A DNA stretch of 64,000 bases from Candidatus Altimarinota bacterium. Lineage in GTDB: Bacteria; Patescibacteriota; Gracilibacteria; UBA1369; GCA-2718715. Every line of letters starts with the position of its first letter. The stretch's first letter is position 1. The notes under the pieces were generated by a model that saw nothing but the letters and a program-made list of their open reading frames with translations, had not been told where the DNA came from and ran no database searches. The stretch is taken from NCBI GenBank assembly GCA_041242255.1, contig JBESAV010000001.1, forward strand, positions 32,001 through 96,000, read 5' to 3'. The translations under genes and the position numbers were made by a program. Below, piece after piece: positions 10,617 to 20,736 of this stretch.

Positions 10617-11033
10617 TTACTTTTTAGCTTTCATTACTCCGTATACAAGTTTTCTCAATGACTCAACATCTTCATTTTCACAAGGAATAGTCATCAAATT
10701 TATATCACCCATATCAAATTCTGAATCAACCAAATCTTCCGGAACACAAGCCATAACAGGCTTAATCCCATCCATGTCAATCACGGCTTGATGCATCTTG
10801 GATGCTTCGTTTGAATAACTCAATAGAATTCCAATCGAATCAGGATTTTGAATTACCTTCTCCCCAAGCTCCCTAGCCAAAACAGTACAATCAACCTGCT
10901 CCTCAATATCAAAAATACCAAGATCAACCACCGTCAGCTCATCATGATTCCTAAAAAACTCAAACAATTCTCTTTTCGCCCCATACCCTTGAGCATCACT
11001 ACCAATATAAACCTTCTTATAATGAAATTTCAT
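10617..11033 (-). CDS. RpiB/LacAB-fold protein, apparently degenerate active site
   Basis: IGSD.G...K, VDLG, V.C...A..LGEKV pattern; directly upstream of rpe. Confidence 0.7.
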   Translation of the reverse strand: MKFHYKKVYIGSDAQGYGAKRELFEFFRNHDELTVVDLGIFDIEEQVDCTVLARELGEKVIQNPDSIGILLSYSNEASKMHQAVIDMDGIKPVMACVPEDLVDSEFDMGDINLMTIPCENEDVESLRKLVYGVMKAKK

Positions 11034-11073
11034 CTAATCTAATTAACTATCTATATATTCTATCACATTTTAC

Positions 11074-12477
11074 CTATTTCTTCACACTCAAAAGCGGTTC
11101 AGCATCAAAATAGTCTCTTCCACTCACCACCTCATAAAAAATATCTACCAATTTATTCACCTTCTCCTGACTATCTGATTCAAACCTCAAAGTCACATTC
11201 GGTGAAGTGTTTGAAGCTCTAAACAACCCCCAAGTATTTTCATCCAGCTCTACAAAAGCTCCATCGATCTCTTTCACATTCAGCCCCTTATCCTTAAATT
11301 CAGCAACCGCTTCAGCCACAAAATCAAACTTTTTATCATCCGGACAACTCAATCTCAACTCAGGCGAACTAACCATCTCCGGCAAACTATCAAACCATTC
11401 CCCAAGAGTCATATCCATTTCCGAAACAATCTCTATCAACTTCAAAGCAGCCAAAAAAGCATCATCATAACCATAATAATTCTCCGCAAAATAAAAGTGA
11501 CCACTCACTTCCCCACCAAGTATTGCCTTATCAGGATCAACTCTCTCTTCAATGTACGAGTGCCCAACTCTAAATCTAACCGGCACTCCTCCACATTTTT
11601 TAATGTGGTTTTCAAGTACCTTAGAACAAGTCACATCAAACACCACTTCACTTCCAGGCAAACGCCCTAAAACATCTTCCGCAAACAAAGCCAAAACCTT
11701 ATCTGCCACATGAAATCTTCCTTTCTCATCCACAACTCCCAGCCTATCTCCATCACCATCAAAACCAATTCCTATATCAGCTCCAACCTCAACCACTCGA
11801 GCCTTTAAATCTTCCATATTTTTCTCTTTTTGTGGATTAGCTTCATGATTTGGGAAATTCCCATCAACTTCTTCAAACATCACCTCAAGATCAACAAACT
11901 CACTTTCAAACATTTTCCTAGCCCAAGCTCCAGCCACTCCATTCCCTGTATCCATCACCACTTTCAACGGCTTATCAATAGTAACTTTCGACCACAACAC
12001 TCTATAAAACTCTTCAAAAACTGACTCTTCATTATACTTCCCATCTCCGACTTCAAAATCATCCGCCTCAATCAAATCAGGAAACTTCTGCAACTCATCA
12101 GCAAACACACTATGAGCCATAGTATCCACAAATTTCACCCCGTTATCTTGCTTTTGATTATGTGATGCAGTCACATTTGAACCACAATCAAATCTATCCA
12201 AACATGAAGCAAAATAAACCATCGGCGAAGTTGCCAACCCAATATTCGTAACATTCAAACCTGTAGATAAAACTCCCTTGATAAATCTCTCCTGAAACTC
12301 AGGCGAAGTAATCCTCCCATCTCTACCACAAACCATTTGCTTCCTACCTTTCCTCACAAAGTAAGTCCCGGCAGCCTTTCCAATCAACTCCATAATCTCA
12401 GGGGTCAAATCAGGCTCATTCCCCATCGCCAAAGCTCTTATGTCATATGCTCTAAACAAATTCCTATCAATTTTCAT
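11074..12477 (-). CDS. Phosphomannomutase/phosphoglucomutase
   Basis: FRAYDIR, TASHN, FDGDGDR, GEVSGH, RASNT motifs. Confidence 0.95.
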   Translation of the reverse strand: MKIDRNLFRAYDIRALAMGNEPDLTPEIMELIGKAAGTYFVRKGRKQMVCGRDGRITSPEFQERFIKGVLSTGLNVTNIGLATSPMVYFASCLDRFDCGSNVTASHNQKQDNGVKFVDTMAHSVFADELQKFPDLIEADDFEVGDGKYNEESVFEEFYRVLWSKVTIDKPLKVVMDTGNGVAGAWARKMFESEFVDLEVMFEEVDGNFPNHEANPQKEKNMEDLKARVVEVGADIGIGFDGDGDRLGVVDEKGRFHVADKVLALFAEDVLGRLPGSEVVFDVTCSKVLENHIKKCGGVPVRFRVGHSYIEERVDPDKAILGGEVSGHFYFAENYYGYDDAFLAALKLIEIVSEMDMTLGEWFDSLPEMVSSPELRLSCPDDKKFDFVAEAVAEFKDKGLNVKEIDGAFVELDENTWGLFRASNTSPNVTLRFESDSQEKVNKLVDIFYEVVSGRDYFDAEPLLSVKK

Positions 12478-12649
12478 AAAATAATCTTAAAAACCACTAA
12501 TTAAACTCAGCTTATACCCCCCACCAAAATCCTCAAGAACATACCCTTGACCAAGCCTCAATAAAAATGGACAACAACTTAGAATCTTCGTTAATTTACA
12601 CATAAGTAAAAAAATGTTAAAATAATATGATTTACATTAATAAATTCAC

Positions 12650-13021
12650 ATGAATCAAAAACAAAAAACACTATCAGCTTTTCTAGCTGGTTTAGTAATT
12701 GCAGGGCTTGCTTTTGTAATGATCCCAGCAACTGGACTACAAGGTACACTTAGAACAAGTACAGCACCAAATCTAGAATCTATAGATTTCAACAAATCAT
12801 GCTCACTTACAAACTGTGATTTGTTAGAAGAAATCCTTAAAGCTTTAGGTAAAACTAACTCAGGTGTCGATACTATGACAGGATTCACACACACATTTAC
12901 AGCATTTACTCAAGACTTCCATGTATTTACAAGAATCATGCTTGAAGAAATGGGTCTTGTAGAAAAATACGAAGAGATGAAAAAACAATCAATGGAAGAA
13001 TCAAGATCTTCTAGAAGATAA
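12650..13021 (+). CDS. Hypothetical membrane-anchored protein
   Basis: N-terminal TM segment followed by LQGTL. Confidence 0.6.
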   Translation: MNQKQKTLSAFLAGLVIAGLAFVMIPATGLQGTLRTSTAPNLESIDFNKSCSLTNCDLLEEILKALGKTNSGVDTMTGFTHTFTAFTQDFHVFTRIMLEEMGLVEKYEEMKKQSMEESRSSRR

Positions 13022-13047
13022 TCTACTTCAACACTAAAGCCTAAGTC

Positions 13048-14955
13048 TTAAGATTTAGGCTTTTTTTGTAGATAAATATTATAATATTCCACCTCATCAC
13101 TTCGATCTAATACCTCATTACATACGGTGGCAAACTCCATTAAATTCCAAAAGTCAGTAGAATTAATATTTTTCATAAAAATCCTTAACTCATCAGACTC
13201 AGGATCCTCCAACACTAATTTCCAAGTTTCCGGAACTCTTTCCATGTAAATATCATAATTATCCACAACCTCTGCACAATTATCTGCATAATAGTTCATA
13301 ACTATATACTCTCTCAAAACTTTAAGATTGTAATTTGATTTCTCCAAAGAGCTTTCATAATACTCTTTGGCTTTTTCAAAATCACCGAAGGCAGTAAAAT
13401 ATTGCCCTTTCAAAAAATCATAAAAGAAATCTTCACCTCTCAGATTAACTAAATTCATAAAGGCATTGTCTATCTGATTCTTGAAATCTTTCTCCTCAAT
13501 CGACTCTGACAAACCAATTACAAAGTTTATAAATCTTACATTATATTCATAATTCAACTCACCATTTTCAAGACTACCTAAGACCAATTCAACTCCTAAA
13601 CTATCATCAGAATCTGAGTCATTACTTATCATATAATTCCCCAAACTATAGTTAAAATCATTAACTAATCTTCCATAATAAAAATATGCATTTCCCAAGA
13701 AACCAATCAAAACCATTCCCACCAAAAAACTAGAAATCACACTATTACTAACATTTATTTTTATCTTTGGATCAAAATCCTTAAAAATCACAACAAAAAA
13801 TAAAATACTAAATATCCAATGTTCAACTAATGGAAAACTCAACATCCAAGGCAGAAAACTAACTAACCATATATATTTAAACTTATTAGTCTTAGCACTT
13901 ATACCTTTAAACAGATAATATCCCACAAGCAACAACCCAAACAAACCACCTTCAATCAAAACATCTAACAAAAAATTATGAGACCTTCCAGCTACCGAAT
14001 AAATTGGCTCAAAATTAAGTAAATCAACCGAGGCATATACTTGATAAACAGACTTAAAAGACTCTAAACCATGGCCTATCAAAACACTATCAAATACCAA
14101 AGGGAAACTAGTCTCCCATAGTATCATTCTTGTCCCCAAGGATCTCAAACTAGGAGCCATCAATAAAATCAGGCCTAAGAACACTGCTCCTGCCAAACTC
14201 AAAATTCCAACCTTATACTTAAACTTTATATCAAACTCATCCAACACGATAAGACTGCTTACAAAAAGCAAAGCTAACCAAGAGGCTCTATTTTCAGTAA
14301 AAACAAGAGCTAGAACATTTATGAATCCACAAAAAACAATTAAGAATCTCCAAAACTTATTCCTAAACTCCCCATACAAGTAATATCCAATCAAAATAAT
14401 AGAAACCAACAACTGTCCTAAAAAATTTGGATGTCCTACCGTTGAATAAACCCTTTCAGAGTAAACTCCATACATCTCCTCAGAAAACCTTAAGATTCCA
14501 AACTTCTGCAAAATCGCATGTAAACTAACCAAAAAGAATACAGCAAACCCTACTAAGAAAAATTTCTTATCCAACAACTTCCGATACTGAAATAGGAAAA
14601 AACACAGTCCAAAATACATCAAATAAGTCAAAACACCCTGCATCCGATCTTCAGCACCCAAAAGTGATGCACCTGTAGTTTCTGAAAAATAAACATTCAG
14701 AGCAAAAAACACACACGAAACCAAAGCAAACAAGCAACCCTTACTAGTCAATTCAATTTTTTTGTCATTTTTATACACATCAATAACCCATAAAATAAAT
14801 ATTCCCAAAAGCCAAAAACTCAAAAGTGCTACCCTAAATAAACTAAAAACATTGTTTCCTAACGGATTGAAAACCACCGGAATCAACCACAACAAACTCA
14901 ACCAAAACTTTGTAAAACTCATGAAAAATATATTATCAAAGATAATATACTCCAC
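13048..14955 (-). CDS. O-antigen ligase (Wzy_C)/oligosaccharyltransferase-like membrane protein with C-terminal TPR-like region
   Basis: Multi-TM; STVGHPNFLG, TENRASW, R..LW, GHG, HNFLL motifs. Confidence 0.85.
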   Translation of the reverse strand: MEYIIFDNIFFMSFTKFWLSLLWLIPVVFNPLGNNVFSLFRVALLSFWLLGIFILWVIDVYKNDKKIELTSKGCLFALVSCVFFALNVYFSETTGASLLGAEDRMQGVLTYLMYFGLCFFLFQYRKLLDKKFFLVGFAVFFLVSLHAILQKFGILRFSEEMYGVYSERVYSTVGHPNFLGQLLVSIILIGYYLYGEFRNKFWRFLIVFCGFINVLALVFTENRASWLALLFVSSLIVLDEFDIKFKYKVGILSLAGAVFLGLILLMAPSLRSLGTRMILWETSFPLVFDSVLIGHGLESFKSVYQVYASVDLLNFEPIYSVAGRSHNFLLDVLIEGGLFGLLLVGYYLFKGISAKTNKFKYIWLVSFLPWMLSFPLVEHWIFSILFFVVIFKDFDPKIKINVSNSVISSFLVGMVLIGFLGNAYFYYGRLVNDFNYSLGNYMISNDSDSDDSLGVELVLGSLENGELNYEYNVRFINFVIGLSESIEEKDFKNQIDNAFMNLVNLRGEDFFYDFLKGQYFTAFGDFEKAKEYYESSLEKSNYNLKVLREYIVMNYYADNCAEVVDNYDIYMERVPETWKLVLEDPESDELRIFMKNINSTDFWNLMEFATVCNEVLDRSDEVEYYNIYLQKKPKS

Positions 14956-14968
14956 ACATCAGATTCAC

Positions 14969-16474
14969 TCAATCACCCACAAAATATTTAGGCCTATACA
15001 CAACTGTTAAAACCCGCTTCTCAGGATCTACAGAGACACCATTCTTATTCTGAACCCCCTCAATAAAAATAGTAAAAAATTCTTCTAGAACCGGCTTCCA
15101 GTCCAATACCGTAATTAACAACTCTCTACCATCTTCTTTCCAAACATACATCAGTTTAAAATCTTTACTGCTTTCTTTAGATTTCAAAGATAACTCAAAA
15201 GATTTCATTTCTTCTACTTCCTCATTAAAACGAATCAAAACCTTATCTTCACCTACAATTTCATGCTGTATAACACGAGGTGGATAATCATTTTTTGAGA
15301 TAGAAACTTTAAGATCTAAGTCAGAATCAGGAGTATTATTATATTTATAAACATAGTCAACTCCTCCATCAATATTATAACCCTTAGGACATGAAACTAT
15401 TTCACTAAAGTTATCTTGAAGCCCAGACTGCTTTCTATATCTTATGTAGTAGTCTTTTGGTATTCCTTCCATTTTCTTAAAGGTCTCAATAACAACACTT
15501 TGAGACTCTTTGGGCTTTAAAGCTACATTAAAGCTCATTTCATCCTGCCATCTCTTAGGAACTGTAACACCAGATACAAATTCAAATCCTTCCTCAGGCG
15601 TAAAATCTAAAATAGCATTATATTTACCTGATAATGGCCAATTATATTCTCCAGGATGATACCAACTAAATATATATGTTCTGTTTATCCCACTCTCAGA
15701 AATATCGGTGATAACATCCAATTTCCTCCTAACATACCTATTATTCTTCAACCCAATCAAATTATTCTCTCTATAAACTGCCCCTACTTGCTCTTTCATA
15801 TCTTTATTAAAAAGCTGAAGCTCTTTATTTTTAAATGATAAATTAACTAAGTTAATCAAATCAAAAATTTTGTAAAATCTAAAAAACATCTTAATAAACA
15901 AAGACCTCAAAACACCTTTCATAATATCCTTTCTACCCCTCAAGTCCTCCAAATTATGTCTATCAATATCAGAAGTTGCTTTAGAAAGTTTTCTAAACAA
16001 ATTTTCAGAGTTCCATTTTTCTCCTTTTACATTTACATAACCATATACATTCAATAAATTCTCAATAAATTGATAGTTTACTAAAAAAATTTCCCTAACA
16101 TCCTTCTCAAAGTTAAACTTATATATCTCTTTCATATTAAGAAAGTTTTGGGAATCACTTAAAGATAAATTAGAGTCTCTAAATTCCATTTTCTGACCAT
16201 CTTTATACCCTAAGCTGTAACCAAATGCCTCGGGCATAACTATATTGGAGCCATTAAAATCTTCAAATACATTCAAAAATTTTGGTTTAACTTTCAAAAA
16301 ACTCACTTCAATTTCCAAAACTTTAGTTATAAAACCTCCACTACTTCTTAGTTCGTTATTATTCTGCAAACAAATAAGAAACAAATGTTCTCTACCAAAG
16401 AAAAAACCTCTTAAACTTTTAAAGATAATTGAAAAGATTTTATTCATGTAATTTCTTATAATACTCAATTGCAC
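14969..16474 (-). CDS. DUF4012-like protein with C-terminal Ig-like domain
   Basis: QNNNELRSSGGFI, FRDSN and RKQSG motifs typical of DUF4012 proteins. Confidence 0.75.
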   Translation of the reverse strand: MQLSIIRNYMNKIFSIIFKSLRGFFFGREHLFLICLQNNNELRSSGGFITKVLEIEVSFLKVKPKFLNVFEDFNGSNIVMPEAFGYSLGYKDGQKMEFRDSNLSLSDSQNFLNMKEIYKFNFEKDVREIFLVNYQFIENLLNVYGYVNVKGEKWNSENLFRKLSKATSDIDRHNLEDLRGRKDIMKGVLRSLFIKMFFRFYKIFDLINLVNLSFKNKELQLFNKDMKEQVGAVYRENNLIGLKNNRYVRRKLDVITDISESGINRTYIFSWYHPGEYNWPLSGKYNAILDFTPEEGFEFVSGVTVPKRWQDEMSFNVALKPKESQSVVIETFKKMEGIPKDYYIRYRKQSGLQDNFSEIVSCPKGYNIDGGVDYVYKYNNTPDSDLDLKVSISKNDYPPRVIQHEIVGEDKVLIRFNEEVEEMKSFELSLKSKESSKDFKLMYVWKEDGRELLITVLDWKPVLEEFFTIFIEGVQNKNGVSVDPEKRVLTVVYRPKYFVGD

Positions 16475-17312
16475 CTTTTTTATCCCCTAAAGTATATAGT
16501 ATGTGGGAATATGCTTCATGTAAGATATTCAAATCACCCAATATATCATATGCTTTTTCAATATGATCCTTCGCACTTTTCAAATTACCATTTAACAACT
16601 CAATCTCACCTAAATAATAATGAATCTTACCTAAAAAATATGACTCACCCAAATTCAAATTCAAATATTTAAAACCATATTCATAAGATCTTTTATAATC
16701 CTCTACAAAAAAACTATCAGCACAAAGGTAAAAATAAACCCTATCCAAATACTTCATATTATTCTTGTAATAGTTCTCTAAACTTCCAATATACCTTTTT
16801 CTACTTAATCTAATCTTCTCCATATCCACGAATGATTCATTCTTAATCACAAAATCATCAAGAACCCCTACTTTCACATCACCAACATCTAAAAACTCAT
16901 GTACCGGTAACTTATACTTTAAACCAGCACTTAACTTCCAAATTTTCAACTTCTCAATCTCATCTTGATTAGTTTTCACACGTACATAAATAGCTTCAAC
17001 CTCTTTCATTAAACAGTCTAAAGTTTCTGGATCATAACTATCCAGCCTTTCATCAGCATCCACAAATAAACACCAATCCGTCTTAACGTATTCTAAACAT
17101 TTATTCCGCGCATCTGAAAAAGATCCAGTCCATTCAAAATCAAAAACACTTGCCCCGTTCTTAAGGGCAAGCGCTTTAGTATGATCATTAGAGCCAGTAT
17201 CTAAGACAACTACATCATCAACGATACACTCGAAGCTCTTAATACAATTTACAATATTACACTCCTCATTCTTTACTATCAAACACAAAGATAGGCTCCT
17301 ACCACTCATCAC
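16440..17312 (-). CDS. GT2 glycosyltransferase with C-terminal TPR (SunS-like architecture)
   Basis: LCLIVKNEE, DTGSND, FSDARN, FVDADE, PVHE motifs; helical TPR-like tail. Confidence 0.88.
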   Translation of the reverse strand: MMSGRSLSLCLIVKNEECNIVNCIKSFECIVDDVVVLDTGSNDHTKALALKNGASVFDFEWTGSFSDARNKCLEYVKTDWCLFVDADERLDSYDPETLDCLMKEVEAIYVRVKTNQDEIEKLKIWKLSAGLKYKLPVHEFLDVGDVKVGVLDDFVIKNESFVDMEKIRLSRKRYIGSLENYYKNNMKYLDRVYFYLCADSFFVEDYKRSYEYGFKYLNLNLGESYFLGKIHYYLGEIELLNGNLKSAKDHIEKAYDILGDLNILHEAYSHILYTLGDKKGAIEYYKKLHE

Positions 17313-17784
17313 AAAACTTAGGTAATTTCTCCCCTTTCCATTCCTTAATAGAGCAGGTATGCATTTGATCCCAATTCAAAGTGTCTACATGTCCTTCACA
17401 ATAGTCAGGTTCAAAATCATGATCCCACTTTCTGTGATATGCACATTGTAATCTTTGCCCTCTGCATAATTCAGGATTAAACTCAGGACTTCTACATGAT
17501 TCAGGAGACTCGTCCCTACACATCTCTGGATTTGGGTCCATACACATTTCAGGAGACTCATTTCTACACATCTCTGGATTTGGATCCATACACATTTCAG
17601 GTTTATCTTCATTTAAGTCCCATGGATCTCCTCCCATAATCTCATCGTCTCCACAACCGGGTGTCAAAACCCCTATTGCAGATGCACCTACCAAACCTGC
17701 CATACCTCTTAAGAAGCTTCTACGACTTATTGGCTCATGCTTTCTTTCACTGATTCCACCACTTAATCTATCTAATTTTTTCAT
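17299..17784 (-). CDS. Twin-arginine-motif lipoprotein with PE(M/S/L)C cysteine repeats
   Basis: SRRSFL motif, hydrophobic helix, LTPGC lipobox; six PExC repeats plus four further Cys. Confidence 0.75.
   Translation of the reverse strand: MKKLDRLSGGISERKHEPISRRSFLRGMAGLVGASAIGVLTPGCGDDEIMGGDPWDLNEDKPEMCMDPNPEMCRNESPEMCMDPNPEMCRDESPESCRSPEFNPELCRGQRLQCAYHRKWDHDFEPDYCEGHVDTLNWDQMHTCSIKEWKGEKLPKFCDEW
17501..17601. repeat. 48-bp tandem duplication encoding PEMCMDPNPEMCR(N/D)ES
   Basis: Two near-identical 48-bp units, TCAGGAGACTC...TACACATTT. Confidence 0.9.
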
Positions 17785-17792
17785 AACAATTA

Positions 17793-18170
17793 TTATCTAC
17801 AAATTTCTACTCTTCTACAAACTCTTCTAACTCTCACAGGACGACAATTTCTTCTGTATCTACACATCTCAACTCCTCTACATCTTTCAGGAGATCTACA
17901 AGATTCAATACTTCTACATCTCTCCACAGAGCGACAAGACTCAATACTATTTGATGACCTACAAAATTCAGGAGCTCTTCCAGCACCAATAACTTCATCT
18001 GCATCTAGAATAACAGCTGCTGCTGCTAATCCAACCACACCGGCCATTTTCTTAAGAAAACCTCTTCTATCAATTGTTTGGCTTTCATTAGAAACTACAT
18101 TGTTTTCTTGTAAGAACTCTCTATTACCATCAATATTTTTCATATAACTAAAGTTACAAATTTCACGCAT
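17793..18170 (-). CDS. Twin-arginine-motif peptide with nine CR repeats (mostly xExCR), RiPP-precursor-like
   Basis: DRRGFL motif and hydrophobic helix, then PEFCR..IESCRSVERCRSIESCRSPERCRGVEMCR...VEICR; start probably MKNID at 18143. Confidence 0.72.
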   Translation of the reverse strand: MREICNFSYMKNIDGNREFLQENNVVSNESQTIDRRGFLKKMAGVVGLAAAAVILDADEVIGAGRAPEFCRSSNSIESCRSVERCRSIESCRSPERCRGVEMCRYRRNCRPVRVRRVCRRVEICR

Positions 18171-18285
18171 AGTAACATAAGTATTAAAAATAGCAACCCC
18201 TCAAGCTTTCAAGTCACTTATCATTTACTTAAATTCCCCATCAAAACTTTTAATGTTAAACTACTCACAAATATAACCCCTAAAA

Positions 18286-19095
18286 ATGTCAGACAAACCA
18301 AGTGCAAACATCGCATCACACACTCGCCACCAAATCATCGGTGACGACATCCAAACAGTTGTTATGACCCTCCAACCTCAAGAAACAATTGTAGCTGAAG
18401 CCGGAACCATGAACTGGATGGACCAACACATTGGATTCGAAACTAAGATGGGAGACGGTTCAGAAGCAAAAGAGAACCTAACCTCTAAGCTCCTCAATGT
18501 TGGAAAAAGATTCTTAACCGGTGAATCCCTTTTCATGACTCATTTTACCAATAACGGATCAGCCGACCAACAAGTAGCTTTTGCTGCTCCTTACCCAGGA
18601 AAAATCATCCAAATAGACCTTTCTCAATTCGACGGACACATCCAATGCCAAAAAGACGCCTTTCTATGCGCCGAACTTGGAACCAAAGTCGACATAGCTT
18701 TCCAGAAAAAACTTGGAACTGGACTTTTCGGAGGTGAAGGATTCATTCTCCAAAAACTAACCGGAGACAAAATCGCCTACCTTCACGCCTGCGGAACTAT
18801 CATAAAGCGTGAGCTAAAAGGAGAAACAATTAAAGTTGATACAGGTTGTTTAGTTGGATTCACAGATGGAATCAACTACAACATCGAACGAGCCGGAAAC
18901 CTCAAATCAATGGTCTTCGGAGGCGAAGGACTCTTCCTAGCCACTCTTCAAGGTACAGGAACAGTTTGGCTCCAATCTCTCCCATTCTCTCGAATGGCCA
19001 AACAAATCGTAAGATACGCCCCTCAAACCGGAGGAAGAAGACAAGGTGAAGGCTCAGTACTTGGAACCCTTGGCGACCTAATCGACGGAACCTAA
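18286..19095 (+). CDS. TIGR00266/AIM24 family protein
   Basis: [34 protein letters not shown] motifs. Confidence 0.92.
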   Translation: MSDKPSANIASHTRHQIIGDDIQTVVMTLQPQETIVAEAGTMNWMDQHIGFETKMGDGSEAKENLTSKLLNVGKRFLTGESLFMTHFTNNGSADQQVAFAAPYPGKIIQIDLSQFDGHIQCQKDAFLCAELGTKVDIAFQKKLGTGLFGGEGFILQKLTGDKIAYLHACGTIIKRELKGETIKVDTGCLVGFTDGINYNIERAGNLKSMVFGGEGLFLATLQGTGTVWLQSLPFSRMAKQIVRYAPQTGGRRQGEGSVLGTLGDLIDGT

Positions 19096-19167
19096 AATCC
19101 ACAAATTACAAAAAAACAACCCAAGTACAAAATTATGTACCTGGGTTTTTCGGTAAGTACTTCTCCT

Positions 19168-19335
19168 TCAACTTTGAACCAAAACTCTCCTTGTGGCAGT
19201 AGAATACATCATGTCAGTCACCCCAAGTAGGGCAACCACACTCCAAGCTGGAATAATCATTGTATCTACTCCTGAAAGCCTCATCCAGTAAGTAATTACA
19301 AGAAAGAAAAGCACAATGAGTTTCGTCACGACCAT
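19168..19335 (-). CDS. Small hydrophobic protein, 55 aa (not in ORF track)
   Basis: MVVTKLIVLFFLVITYW...LVQS*, preceded by an AAGGAG Shine-Dalgarno. Confidence 0.45.
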   Translation of the reverse strand: MVVTKLIVLFFLVITYWMRLSGVDTMIIPAWSVVALLGVTDMMYSTATRRVLVQS

Positions 19336-19459
19336 TACCTAACTCCTTTTCAAGGGTCTAAAGCACGTTTAGCCATAGACTAAACGACGTTCAACACTCG
19401 AACATCTTAACACCAAAGCGCAAAATGTCAACCCAGCCCAAAACCACATCAACTCCCAC

Positions 19460-19930
19460 CTACCTAAACCTCTTCAAACTCCTCTCAATATCTCTATTCT
19501 GACTCTTTTTCTTTAAATCATGTCTCTTATCATGCTTTTTCTTACCTCTCGCTAAAGCAATCGCAAGTTTCACCAACCCTTTCTTCAAGTAAATCCTCGT
19601 AGGTATCAAAGAAACCCCAGCTTCATTCAAACGTTTTTCGAGATTTTCAATCTCTGATTTTTTCAAAAGTAATTCTCTTCGACGAACCTCATCATATTTT
19701 GAATTATCGGCAAAACTATATGGAGAAACATGCATGTTATTCACATATACCTTCCCATCACTCAGAATCGAAACAAAACTCCCCTTCAGATTAACCTTAC
19801 CCCGACGAATAGACTTCACCTCAGGTCCACTCAAAATAATCCCAGCTTCCATTTCATCTAGAATTTCATAATCAAAAAAAGCCTTCTTATTCTTCGCAAT
19901 CAAATTCTGATCTTTGTCTTTTTTATTCAT
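19460..19930 (-). CDS. smpB: SsrA-binding protein SmpB
   Basis: NKKAFFDYEI, EAGI.L.G.EVKSIR, RGKKKHDKR motifs. Confidence 0.97.
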   Translation of the reverse strand: MNKKDKDQNLIAKNKKAFFDYEILDEMEAGIILSGPEVKSIRRGKVNLKGSFVSILSDGKVYVNNMHVSPYSFADNSKYDEVRRRELLLKKSEIENLEKRLNEAGVSLIPTRIYLKKGLVKLAIALARGKKKHDKRHDLKKKSQNRDIERSLKRFR

Positions 19931-19983
19931 AATAATTCACTGTTTTGTAAAACATACACTAAACTCAGACCAGACTCAACAAC

Positions 19984-20012
19984 TTGACAAAAAACTAAAA
20001 ACCAATCATAAT
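19984..20012 (+). promoter_or_regulatory. Sigma70-type promoter
   Basis: TTGACA-17 nt-CATAAT upstream of the small ORF at 20038. Confidence 0.6.
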
Positions 20013-20037
20013 TATATAATTTAATAACCAACAACTA

Positions 20038-20142
20038 ATGAAAGAAATATTCACTAAATACGCCTTACCAATAATAGCTTTGCTTATTCTAATGGCAAGT
20101 TTCACCGTTTACGCTGGAATAGAAACGACCTTTGCCTTATAA
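20038..20142 (+). CDS. Small single-TM protein, 34 aa (not in ORF track)
   Basis: MKEIFTKYALPIIALLILMASFTVYAGIETTFAL*, directly downstream of a good promoter. Confidence 0.55.
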   Translation: MKEIFTKYALPIIALLILMASFTVYAGIETTFAL

Positions 20143-20169
20143 TTAAAACAACATAAATTAATCTAAATT

Positions 20170-20625
20170 ATGATAGAAAAAACTATCCAACTAGGAACTC
20201 AAACTCCTCAATTCGCAGAACACACTCTTATCGTAGAAACTGACCGTGGAGGATCAAGACTTTTCCTTTGCCACGGAGACAAAGTTGATGTTCTTACAGA
20301 AGTTAAGCCAGATGTATCCAACGAATACTCAGATAATGAAGGGCACAGCAATCATGGCGGGACAAATCATGGAGTATCCTCAACTAACGAGAACAACCAC
20401 CTAAGAGAACACAACAATAAAGTTCACGCCAATGACCTTGTAGACAAAATCAAATATCTAGATGGTCTAAACAAATTCACAAAACTAGAACTATTCGCCA
20501 CAACCGAATTCAAAAAACTTCTAGAAGAAAAAATCCCATCTGGAATCATGCAAAAAGCCAATATGCACATCGGTAACTACAGCCATGACTCAGTTCACGA
20601 CCTAATAGAAAAACACCGGTCATAA
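20170..20625 (+). CDS. Host-attachment/baeRF-like protein
   Basis: LIVETDRGGSRLF and YSDNEG pattern resembling the host_attach family. Confidence 0.6.
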   Translation: MIEKTIQLGTQTPQFAEHTLIVETDRGGSRLFLCHGDKVDVLTEVKPDVSNEYSDNEGHSNHGGTNHGVSSTNENNHLREHNNKVHANDLVDKIKYLDGLNKFTKLELFATTEFKKLLEEKIPSGIMQKANMHIGNYSHDSVHDLIEKHRS

Positions 20626-20643
20626 CAGACCCAAACTAAAAAC

Positions 20644-20673
20644 AAAAACACCTCCAACCAGAGGTGTTTTTTT
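20644..20673 (+). terminator. Intrinsic terminator (AAAAACACCTC/GAGGTGTTTTT family)
   Basis: Hairpin plus T tract; similar stems at 21425-21457 and 35290-35320. Confidence 0.7.
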
Positions 20674-20736
20674 ATAAACTCCATTTTTGACAAAAACCAC
20701 AAAACCTCTTAAATTACAAAAAATAAATCATTCAAA

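Noticed and set aside
19100-19450. tmRNA next to smpB
   Set aside because: No GGGG 5' end, T-arm or CCA 3' end recognisable on either strand.
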